Source: Yuukianura sp. NJ FZ-2021
Lineage: Eukaryota
NCBI GenBank assembly: GCA_046563655.1
Contig: CM102285.1
Span: 14,074,001 to 14,138,000 of the forward strand
Direction: 5' to 3'
Length of the DNA: 64,000 nt
Under the pieces are notes generated by a model. The model was not told where the DNA came from, made no database searches, and saw only the letters and a program-made list of their open reading frames with translations. Positions within the stretch are counted from its first letter, which is position 1. Every line of letters starts with the position of its first letter. Below are positions 24,782 to 34,924 of this stretch, one piece after another. The position numbers and the translations under genes were made by a program.

Positions 24782-26435
24782 TTAGAACAGCGGAGGACAT
24801 TCTGGAGCCATGAAGTCCTTGGGGCCAACGAGGTCAAAGTTGGCTTTCGAAAGGTCACGGAGGAACTGACAAGCGTTTTCTGCAACGCGCATGTCCACGC
24901 CCAACTTTTCCGCTAAAAAGGCATAACCGTTGACAAAAATTTCGTAAGGGACGTAGGGGTCCACTCCATCAGGTTGTTCCGTCACGGTGTCACAGAAGAC
25001 ACACATAGCTTCAACGACATGCTGAAAAACAGAAACTCAGTTTTTAAAAATTTTAAAAAATGTTCAAAATTTTGAAAAATTTTACGTCATTGACAATAGA
25101 CGCTGCAGCGACAGCGACAAACTTTGTCCAGTCAATGACCCCGTCGAGAGAATTCAAATGCAGGAGTTTCGTCAATTCAGCTCCGTCCAGACACAGTCCC
25201 ATCCACTTCTCTTGGATTTCCCTCTCCAGCACTTCAGTGTTCTTGCCCAACTTTTTCAAAATTTTGACAGTTTAATAAAATGTTGTTTTTGAAAATGAAA
25301 TTTTGAGTAATTCTTACCTGTTTGTGCAAAACGCGTAGCAATCCTTTGGTAAGTCCGCAGGGCGACTCCACAGTGGGATACTCCAGACGATCTTTGGACG
25401 GCGGCGTTTCGTCATTGGCCAAAGCCTTGAAATAAGCCACGGCCCACCGCAGCAAGTCACGTGGCTGCGTTCGAATTGCCGCTTTTGTAAACGTTTTCAA
25501 AACGTGTGGCAACATTGGTGGGATTTTGATTTGTTGGCAACAGTATGACTCCATTTGCAAGGTTTTACTGGTCTCTTCCTCCGAACACACGAAGACTTTC
25601 GGCTTGTCATCTTTCAAGGTCATGTCAATTTCAGGAGGCGGAGCTTCCATACTTGGTCGTTTTTCTTCGGTCGGCAGCATTTCTTCTTCGGAAGTTTCTT
25701 GAAACAGCTCTTTAGGAGGGTATTCATCAAGCCCCTCCCCCTCTTCCTCCAGCATGTCGTACAAAGTGTCGCCTTGGCCGTACTTGGCGTAAATTGCTTC
25801 TTCTTCGTAGTCTTCTCCAGCCATTTCCCCAAATCCACTGTGTTTCCTTTGTTCCGATTCCGTTTCTTCTTCTGGAACTTCCGGAAACGGCTCTTGTTCC
25901 TCAATTTTAGGCTCTTCAAGTTGTTCCTGTACCGGTTCGTCCGGCAAAACCGGTTCTTCCTCTTCGTCGACTGAAAATTCCAAAGGAGCCGTTTCATCTT
26001 CGCCGGTTTCGATGAGTTCCGTATCGGCCGGAACTTCGGTTTTTTCAGTTCCATCTAAACTTCGCCGGGCTCCTTCTGATTCGGCTCCTAAACTTCCACG
26101 ACCTTCGGATTTCCCGCCTGAGCTTAATCGTTGTTTTTCTTCCGAAGTTCGTCGTGTTTCGTCTGGTGTCAAGTCCGAAGTTCGTCTGACTTCTTCCGGT
26201 TTTTCTTCTGAAGAACGTCGGCCTTCGGATTTTGCCTCTGAAGTTCGTCGTTCATCTTCTGGCTTTGCTCCCGAGCTTTTTCGCCTCTCTTCGGATTTTT
26301 CTCCTGACGACGTTCGTCGGTTTTCTGAAACAAAAAATGAAATGATTTTTCATTGCAGGATCTCGACTTTTTTTTTGTTACTAAAATTCGGTTGAACGAT
26401 TTTTGCTAACCCAAATTAGGCGCTTCTGCCTCCAT
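24782..26435 (-). CDS. Ropporin-1-like (RIIa dimerization/docking domain) protein with a long Arg/Ser-repeat and Glu-rich N-terminal extension
   Basis: YCCQQIKIPPMLPHVLKTFTKAAIRTQPRDLLRWAVAYFKAL...KDRLE...GLTKGLLRVLHKQ and IDWTKFVAVAA resemble ROPN1L. ATG at 26435, four exons, stop at 24782. Confidence 0.85.
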
Positions 26436-26636
26436 GACCTCCGTTGACCTTTGAATTTTCGAATTCAAGTGTAGCAGCACCAAAATCAACTGAAAAGGTG
26501 ACACTGAAAAACTTTTGAACAATACAGTCCTAAATTCACTCAAAATATTTTGAAAATCGAAAAGGAAAAATAAAAATAGAAATAGGAGTTTGGATCTGTT
26601 GGATGTTTTGAAAGTTGTGTAATTCGAATCACATCG

Positions 26637-26650
26637 GTTGTCATGGTAAC
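26637..26650. promoter_or_regulatory. RFX X-box upstream of the ropporin-like gene
   Basis: GTTGTCATGGTAAC, a near-palindromic X-box about 200 bp upstream of the ATG at 26435. Confidence 0.7.
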
Positions 26651-26738
26651 GACTTGAATTTAAAAACTAGAATTTAAACATTAAGGCTTACGAATACCCT
26701 GGAAACGGGGGGTCAAAATACCGCTGTAACACCTCCAC

Positions 26739-27019
26739 GCAAAAATGGTTTTGGTCAGCCTAGGAATGTCGTACAGTGACCCACAATATATCAAACTTTA
26801 GGCAAAGACTTGATCTAGTACTATTACGTTGCAAACTTATTTAATTCCAAGTGCAACTATGCAGAAAAAGGGGCTGAATATTTGTGTCCATTTTTTTCAT
26901 TGTTAGAATTATAATTTCATAATTTTAAAACGTAATAGTACTAGATCAACTCTTTCCTGAAGTTTGATATATTGTGGGTTACTGTACGACATTCCTACGC
27001 TGACCAAAACCATTTTTGC
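26739..27019. mobile_element. Foldback/MITE-like element with ~92-bp inverted arms and a ~100-bp spacer
   Basis: gcaaaaatggttttggtcagc...ctagtactattacgtt (26739-26830) is mirrored by aacgtaatagtactag...gctgaccaaaaccatttttgc (26929-27019) with few mismatches. Confidence 0.8.
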
Positions 27020-27312
27020 ATTTCAATGTCGCAGCCTCAGAAAAGTTGTTGACAAAACCCAAACGACGGCAACCGAACTTGCGTCAGTTTTGTTTGTTTG
27101 AAAGTGCATACTTTTTTTTTTATCATATTTGCACTGATCCTTTTTCACCACTCACGAGGGTGTTTCTTTTTGTCGACGTCTGCAACTTTTACTAACTGCA
27201 CAAGCTCGGTTATCGTGGTTACTAAATTTAACGATTATTGTTTATTAGACGCATAACACACGTCCTTAAGATTAGGATGGACAGATTCGCTTAAACGCAA
27301 TTTCCCATAAGA

Positions 27313-27630
27313 CTTCTGGTGCATCTCCTGTATGATTGGTTAGACGCTCAAAAAACTACGACCACACTTTTCGCAGTAGCACACGCTGATGATCAAAACA
27401 TCGGACAGCTAGGTGACGAAAACAGTACCCTTCGTCCAGAAAACTTAGGTTTTCCGGAAAATGTTTCTGAAATCCTCGGGAAAATCCAGAAAAACTAGGT
27501 TTTCTGGGCGAAGGGTACTCTTTTCGTCACCTAGCTGTCCGATGTTTTGACCATCAGCGTGTGCTAATGCGAAAAGTGTGGTCGTAGTTTTTTGAGCGAT
27601 TAGCCAATCATACAGGAAATGCACCAGAAG
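27313..27630. mobile_element. Long foldback/MITE-like palindrome with ~145-bp arms and a short loop
   Basis: cttctggtgcat...gctcaaaaaactacgaccacacttttcgca...ggacagctaggtgacgaaaa is mirrored by ttttcgtcacctagctgtcc...tgcgaaaagtgtggtcgtagttttttgagc...atgcaccagaag. Confidence 0.85.
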
Positions 27631-27970
27631 ATTGGGTCAGAGTTCACGAATTTCTTGTTTACAATTTAAAATTTCGTATTACGTCACCAAGAGTTGGGGC
27701 AACCTGAGAGTTGAGGATAAAAAATGCCTCATCCACTTTTTCTGGCAATTTTAGAAAAAACGCAAATGTTTCTCAAATTTGAAATTTAACGCAGTGATTC
27801 GTGAGTTAGCTTGAGTTGTGCAAAATTTCAATCGTAAAGAATCCACCCGTCCGGGTTTTTCATGATTACGTAGTTGTAAATTCCCAATTCTCAGTCGTTG
27901 CCATGTCTACAAAACATTCTTTGGCGTTATTTTTATTGACCTCCTGTCTCTCCTTAAATGTTTAAATTCT

Positions 27971-28013
27971 AAAGTTTTCAATGTTTATAAATTTTATAAA
28001 CATTGAAAACTTT
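27971..28013. repeat. Perfect AT-rich palindrome (21-bp arms, 1-nt centre)
   Basis: aaagttttcaatgtttataaa t tttataaacattgaaaacttt. Confidence 0.85.
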
Positions 28014-28366
28014 TTTTTTCATTGCAAACTATTTTCAACTCTCTATAAAAGAAAAGAAAAAAAAACTTCCTCATTCATGAATTTAATAAATTAACGCAAT
28101 TTACAGTAAAACTCCATCTATTTACTTTTTTGAATGTAGGAAATTACTACATTATTTTTTCTCACAAACTTCGTTTCATGGGAACCGATGCCCGTGTGGT
28201 TTTCGTGACCTTGTTTGTTTTCGTCAAAAACCTTTCCGGTTCCCCATAATTCCACTTTCCGTATCCATTCATTTCATTCATTTTCTTTGTTTTCATAACT
28301 CTTGATTTTGAAATTTTACACTTCTCACGAGTGTACTTCTCAATTAATTGAAAAGTTAATTGAACA

Positions 28367-29464
28367 ATGGGTTTTGGCGTGGCAGTTTTGTTCGTGGGAG
28401 TCTGTGTACTTGGTCAACTGGGTTTTGCTTTAGCAGCATTCGAAGCTAAAGATTGTATAACCACCCCAACCGGAACAGTTCTGGTCAGTTTCTAAAAAAT
28501 GAAAAAGTTTTTTTTTGAAATTTGATCATTTTTAACATTTATGAACATTAGGCAGACGAATTTTCCGCGGATTTACTCAAGTGGGCTCAAGAAGGGGTCG
28601 AGGCCCACAACAAATTGCGCAAGAAACATGGTTATAAATATTTTCAAAAAAATAAATAATGAAAAATGATTTTGAAAAAGTTTGTGGTAAATTTTAGACG
28701 CTCCTCCTTTGGTGTTGAACCCCAAGGTGAGTTTGCTTTGAACTGAATAAAGCGTGTGTATAAAGCGGTACATTCCAAACTATTGTTATTACTTTGACTA
28801 AATTCGATTACTTTGATTAAGAATCGATTACTTTCAGATTTGCAACAGTACTCAGTGGACAGCCAATCGGAACGCAAAAGACGCAAAGATGAGACATACT
28901 GGAGAACTCATGCGGCTTGACTATGGAGATGGAGGTGACAAAGGGATCAATTGTGGGGAAAATCTGTACGCGACGGGTGCCGACAAGCTGACGCCAGCCA
29001 GTGAAGCTGTACAAGCTTGGTACGCGGAAGTCAAATACTACGACTATAGTAAACCAGTGTTTGCAATGAATACTGGTCACTTCACACAAGTCGTCTGGAA
29101 AGGTCAAGTTATTCAAAAACTAACAAATTTTATTTTTAAAAAAAGGAACTTTAGAAAATCTAGTTGGAAAGTTTAAATTATTTGAAAAATTTCCTGTCCG
29201 CTTGTTTAGGATCCAAAGAAATGTGCATGAGCTACGCAAAAGCTAAAGATGGCCAATTCCGCTACTATGTTGCAGCTCAGTACTTTCCACCAGGTAGGAA
29301 ACTTTTTTTAACATTTTGGTATTTGGTTTTTGAAAATTGAATTTTGTTTTTGAACAGGAAACTACGAAGGAGAATTTACAAAGAACGTATTGGGCTCAGC
29401 TAACGACGACCACTTCAAAACTGGAATCATTTTGATTTTGATTCTTCCTGTACACTTTTTTTAA
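28367..29464 (+). CDS. CAP/SCP (GAPR-1-like) domain protein with a signal peptide and hydrophobic C-terminus
   Basis: Signal-like MGFGVAVLFVGVCVLGQLGFALA; AHNKLRKKH, CGENLY, WYAEVKYYDY, TGHFTQVVWK, YVAAQYFPPGN; ends GSANDDHFKTGIILILILPVHFF. Six exons, including one of ~29 nt. Confidence 0.88.
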
Positions 29465-30014
29465 AACCGTCCTTTCAACATTTTTCTAAAAACGTATTTT
29501 ATTTAACCCACCACAAAGTATTCCAATATTTTTCATTCAATAAAAGGCGAAACACGCTTCATAACGATGATCCAGGTTTAAACGTAAAACGCTGGCGTTT
29601 TATGGAATGCTCTTTCTTTTAAAATACAAATCTCATCTTACCCCAAGCGACAATCGAAAATTGTAAGCAATATTTGCGACAAAATGCAACTTCCTCAGTC
29701 ATGAAGAACGTTTTTTCATGAAGAATGTCATCATACCTTCTAACTTTCTAGCGTATTACTTTTGGAGAAAGTTATAGTTCGGCTCAAAAAATAGAAAAGT
29801 CTATAAACATTATTTTTTTTTTCAAAATTTTTGGGATTCGACAATTTTACAAAAAAGAAATCGAGTTTCTTCCATACAAAGATGAGGAGTGAGCACTATG
29901 AAAAACATAACTTTGATATTTCAAAATATTCTAAGAAATAGTACGTAGCTGTTTAGTCAGTCCGATTTAAGGGGTCAGCGACTTCCCTTCTCCTGACCTT
30001 GACCTCTGTTCTGT

Positions 30015-31460
30015 TCAATCCGCACTTTGTGCTGGCGGTGTCCAGCCGGTTCCAGTAGTTGGTGCTGGAGGTGGAGGTGCCCAGCCAGTTCCAGTAGTTG
30101 GTGCTGGAGGAGGTGGGGCCCAGCCACTTCCAGAATTTTGACTAGTCATTGGCCAACCTTCCTGTCCAGAACTTTTCCCGCCGCTTGACCAACCTTCTTG
30201 TCCAGAACTCTGTCCACCACTGGTCCAACCGCTTCCAGAGCCCTGTCCAGAAGATGAAGTGGGCCAACCTGAGCTACCTTGACTACCTCCGCCAGAACTG
30301 GACCATCCTCCAGAACTTTGTTGACCTCCGCTTGACCATCCCTCAGAGCCGCCTCCAGAAGAAGAACTTGACCAACCTCCACTTCCACTTTGTCCAGACA
30401 TTTGCCAACCGGCTGGAGGACCTGAGTTTTGTCCAGAACTTGAATAGCCTCCGCTTCCGCTTTGTCCTCCGCTGCTCCATCCGTCTGATCCTTGTCCGGA
30501 AGAGCTACTCCAGCCTCCTCCTCCTCCAGAACCACTTTGCTGTCCAGAAGTTTGCCAACCTGAAGGAGCCGTACCAGTTCTCCATCCTGATCCTCCGCTA
30601 CTACCTCCACCTCCGCTTGACCATCCTCCAGAACTTTGTCCTCCTCCTCCTCCACTGGAATATCCTCCAGAACTTTGTCCTCCTCCTCCGCTGGACCATC
30701 CTCCTGAACTTTGACCTCCTCCCCCGCTTGACCACCCTCCAGAACTTTGTCCTCCTCCTCCTCCTCCGCTTGACCATCCTCCCGAACTTTGACCTCCAGA
30801 TTGCCAGCCGTCAGATCCTCCACCTCCTCCTCCTCCGCTGGACCATCCTCCTGAACTTTGACCTCCAGATTGCCACCCATCCGAACCCTTACCACCTCCT
30901 CCTCCTCCACTTGACCATCCTCCAGAACCTCCTTGTGGTTGACGCGGCCTGTAGTGACGAGTTACTCTAAACAATTTTCAAAGAAAAGGAATATCAGAAT
31001 TCTGGAAAATTCCAAGAACTCGGAAATTGAAATTCCGATTTTCCGAAAAATTGATTTCACTTTTCACTAAAACTCAAAAAATTTATATTCAGTCATTCAA
31101 ATTAACTTAGAATAGAAATTTAGAAAACTGAAATCAATTTTTCTTAAACTTACTGTTTGACCCTGAACAGAGGAATTGTTGGAAGACTAATAGATGCCCA
31201 AGCTACTCCATCCAGAATCAAAATCAGAGACAACAGTAACTGAAAATTAAAAAAAAAGAATATTTTTGTTAGAGTTTTTTTTTTTTTGAACTCTTGACAT
31301 TACAATTTCAAATTTGAGAAAAATTTAAAAAGTAAAATTCAAAGTTAGAACTCAAGGATTTTGGAATTCAAGCCCATTACCTAACTACATACGCAGTTAA
31401 AATTCATATGGAATTGAAAACATTTTTTCTTACAGTGGCGTTTGCTGCGGAATTCCGCAT
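30015..31460 (-). CDS. Secreted Gly/Ser/Trp-rich repetitive structural protein
   Basis: Exons MRNSAANAT | LLLSLILILDGVAWASISLPTIPLFRVK | VTRHYRPRQPQ followed by (QSSGGWSSGGGG)n and GWAPPPPAPTTGT twice. Splice phases are compatible. TATAAAA near 31606-31612. Confidence 0.82.
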
Positions 31461-32148
31461 CTTGTAACTTTTGAGACTTCAAACTTCTTCACCAGGTCAC
31501 CAGGTCACTTGTAGAGATCAAACTTAACTTATAGAGGTCTAAAGTGACTAGTGTTTTTGGACAGACACTTGATGACTGGTCACCTCCTGCCACTTGAGCC
31601 TCCATTTTATAAAAGTTAACTTCCTAACATGACCTAAGTTAAAAAGTTAAAAGTTAAAAAGTTGTTCCTAGTTGGCTATTCACAATCGCCTCGTTGCATC
31701 TTAATCTGTGCAGAAATCAGCAATAACAAAAACCCATTAATTTTTCTGCTCCAAAACACTGAAACAATCATAAGTTCCAAGTGAGCACCTCCATTACAAT
31801 AATTAGATTAAACCATCATTACAAGGAACACCTACAACGCCAAGAAACTCAAAATTATGAAACTTTTCATCTCTTCTTTTTCATTTTTCAAAATTTTCAT
31901 TTAAAGAAGTCAAAAATTGTGTTTTTCGCTTTGGAGCTGTTCAATTTTGTAAAAAGTTCTTTTTGTGCCAACTTTTCCAATTCTTCAAAGATTTTTAGGC
32001 AATTTGTGGACTTTGAGTTCTAAATTCTTCGAAACTTTCTTTATCTTGCCAATCAACTGCTTTAAAATTCTAAGCTTTTTAAAATTTGGTTATATTTGAA
32101 CAAAAACGTTTTCAGAAAACTCGTTTTTTTTTTCAAAAATTGTTTTTT

Positions 32149-33774
32149 TTAGTAGTTTCGACATGGAACGGTGATTCCATCGGGCTCAGGTTTGCTGATG
32201 TCAAGGCGCATGGGCGGTTCGTTTTCAAATCCATCCTTGAAGTAAATCAAAATTGTTGGAAAGTGGTCCAGTCCCAGCTCGTCAATGATGATGCTGTTGT
32301 CCATCAGTCCGTTCTGGATCAGGTCAAAGGTCAAAGGTCAAATTTTTGAATTTCGATTTTTATGAAATTTTTAAAAAAGTAAATTCTACCTCTCCCAAAC
32401 TTTTGTTCATGTGAAGTGTATTGCCCCAAATGTCTTTCCAAACATAATTGTGAGCGTTGCTGTTGTAATTTCTTGCATAGAAGTCAACCAGCTCATGAAG
32501 CATTTGGAAATTGCTGACCTGAATAGAACCAAAAATTTTCAAAATTTCAAAATTTGAAAACTACGTATTTCCTCGCCTATAAAACATATAATACCCATTT
32601 CATCACGTATAATATCAATATGCACAAAGAAGTTCTCAAAAATAACCACAATATGACGAAGACGTAAATTTTAAAGTTCAAAATATACTTTTTTTTTTGT
32701 AAGTTTTCCTAACTTTGTAGTGATTTCTTCGTTTCAAAAATTTCTTTTTTTCAAAATTTCTCAGATAATATGCGTCTGGTACAAGAGGAAATACGGTATT
32801 TGGAAATTTTGAAGCCTAACCTGCATAACTTTCTCGTCGTAGTCCATCGTGTTAATGATGCGTAGAAAGTGCTTTCTCTTGCCCAGGTATTCTCCTTTTT
32901 GTTCCATTTTGATCCAGTCGTCAATGCGGAAAAGACTGGCCTTCTCCAGTTCCAGCGTCCTTCGGCGCATGCTCGTGTGACTCTGGGACTTTGCTGCACG
33001 CAGATCAGCCTGCGACGCCATGATGCTCAAGTTTGCATTTGAAATTGATGGAAACACCATCGTGGAGCCTAGAAGACGCATGTCCGAAAAAATGTCAGAA
33101 CCACGGACCGAAGCATGCGTCGTCGGAAACTTCGTCGTGGCGTTACTCATCACTGAAGAAAGAAAGCCAAAGTCAGATTTAACATTTAACTACCGTGTTT
33201 CCTCGCTTATAAGACGCGTCTTATCTGAGAAATTTCGGGAAAGAAATTGGAATACAGGAAACCTGACAAAAACTTCGGGGTATTTTTGAGTATTTCTGGG
33301 AGCGTCTTATACGCGAATGCGTCTTATACGCGGTGAAATTCTGTAACTTTACATTTTTAGCATATCATAACACTTTTTCATCTTACGGGAACCAGTAACC
33401 CTGGCGTCGTTTTGGTCACGTCCACCAACCAGCGTAACTTGTGAGGGTTGCGGAGCCACTAATACTGGCCGATCAGCGTCCTTCTCAGCAGCATCAGCGA
33501 AACTTGCATGCGGCGGAGTTTTTTCGCGCTTTGAATCTCGTTTCGGTCCGAACAGACTTCCGCGTCGATTGAGTTGGACGTTAAGTTCAAAATGTCGCTT
33601 CTGCTCAGGCGTCAAGTATTTCATGGATTCTTCTCGAATCTGGTCCTGCGTGATTGGTTTTCTGTCCAAGTTGGGTTGCGCAAGATGTGAATAGGAACTT
33701 GACTTATTGGCCTCTCCGCCCCCGCCATGTTGACCTTTGTACAGTACGGCCATTTCGTCTTGATCTCGCGCCAT
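32149..33774 (-). CDS. CYB5D1-like protein: C-terminal ubiquitin-like domain only, no recognisable cytochrome b5 domain
   Basis: Spliced product ...LGKRKHFLRIINTMDYDEKVMQ|VSNFQMLHELVDFYARNYNSNAHNYVWKDIWGNTLHMNKSLGE|NGLMD...HFPTILIYFKD. This resembles the recalled CYB5D1 C-terminus (RIINTL...YNSHAASYTWK...NLNMDFTLEENGI...PAILLYFND). Confidence 0.65.
32562..32798. mobile_element. Tc2/pogo-like MITE (family B), intronic copy 1
   Basis: Ends ta-cgtatttcctcgcctataa and tacaagaggaaatacgg-ta form inverted termini flanked by TA. Confidence 0.65.
33191..33345. mobile_element. Tc2/pogo-like MITE (family B), intronic copy 2
   Basis: ta-ccgtgtttcctcgcttataagacgc ... gcgtcttatacgcggtgaaattctg-ta, with internal gcgtcttat repeats. 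Confidence 0.65.
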
Positions 33775-34924
33775 TTTGAATTCAAAATTCTCTTGACTTT
33801 TTCAAGTTTTTGGTCAATTTGAAGAAATTAAGTCAAATCTGAGCCAAATTCAAAAGACACGCTTTGTAGATTTTCGATTTTCTAATAACAAGAAAAATCA
33901 GTGACTTTGTCCAATTTTCAAGAGTCCTAAACCTACTGCTATTTTTTAGTAGCAAAATTTTTGGAATCGACCAAACAAGCAGCATTTTGGAGAAAAAAGT
34001 GAAGGATTTCCGGATTTCCCAAAATTTTGAAACGTAAACTGCAAAAAATCAAAATTACATCATTGGTTTGGCAACACAATCTGATTACAAAAGGAAACCA
34101 AAATTTTGAAACCGAATTCATCAAAAATGCCAAAAAGTACTTAAAATTATGATTTATCTTCTCGTCATCGTCATGCTTTGCAATTTTTCAACGAAATGTG
34201 CAAAAAAAATTTATGCCAGAGGACTAAAAAAAGATAAATGAGTTCCGCCACTAAAATTCGCATTATAAAAAAATAAGAGCAAAAATTCGCATCTGCTTCG
34301 ACAGGAAACGGAAGTGAAAATTTTGTCTTCTCAAAATTTTCATTTTACTTTCGAAATCTTTCCAAGCGAATTTCCTGTAAACAAAACTCTAAAAAACTTG
34401 ATTTGCTTTTCATGAATTTCTTTTTCAAGTCATGAATTACTTGTGCAGTTTAATTTTGAATTCCAAGACAAATACTTATTTTTTTCAATTGTCAAATACA
34501 ATGAGAATAAAGACTACTCGAAATCTTAATCTCACACGAAATACTTGTTAAATAATTACCTACTAATTGTAATTACTAATTGTAATTAGTTAATTACTAA
34601 TTAGCACTTTTAAATAATGCTGTAAGAATAAATCATCATCACCTCTCGCCTCACTCATTGAACTAAACTTAATCATTTTCAATGTCAAGATTTTCAGGAA
34701 ATTTTGAAAAAGAAAAATTTAGACTCCTAAAATTATTTTTTAGACTCCTAAAATTCCTGAGGGGAATTCCAAGTGAAAATAAGACCATAAATCGAAATCA
34801 CGACAAATTAGAAATTCTTTTCAAAAAATTTCAGTTTTTTCTCAAAAGAGGAACTAATAGTGGAGAGAGGGTTGAAGCAATTACTTAATTACTTTGGTTA
34901 ATTAACTTAATTGTTACGCAGTTA

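Noticed and set aside
25555..26395. Phe-rich and Ser/Arg-rich plus-strand ORFs
   Set aside because: Antisense shadows of the Glu-rich and repeat exon of the ropporin-like gene.
27313..27630. Possible structured ncRNA, tRNA or CRISPR-like array
   Set aside because: It is a single long inverted repeat with no cloverleaf, no repeat-spacer periodicity and no cas genes, in a eukaryotic context.
30146..30970. Long alternative-frame ORFs (254 aa Glu/Val-rich, 273 aa Leu-rich) over the Gly-rich gene
   Set aside because: The repeat lacks stops in several frames. Only the Gly/Ser/Trp frame is in phase with the signal-peptide exons.
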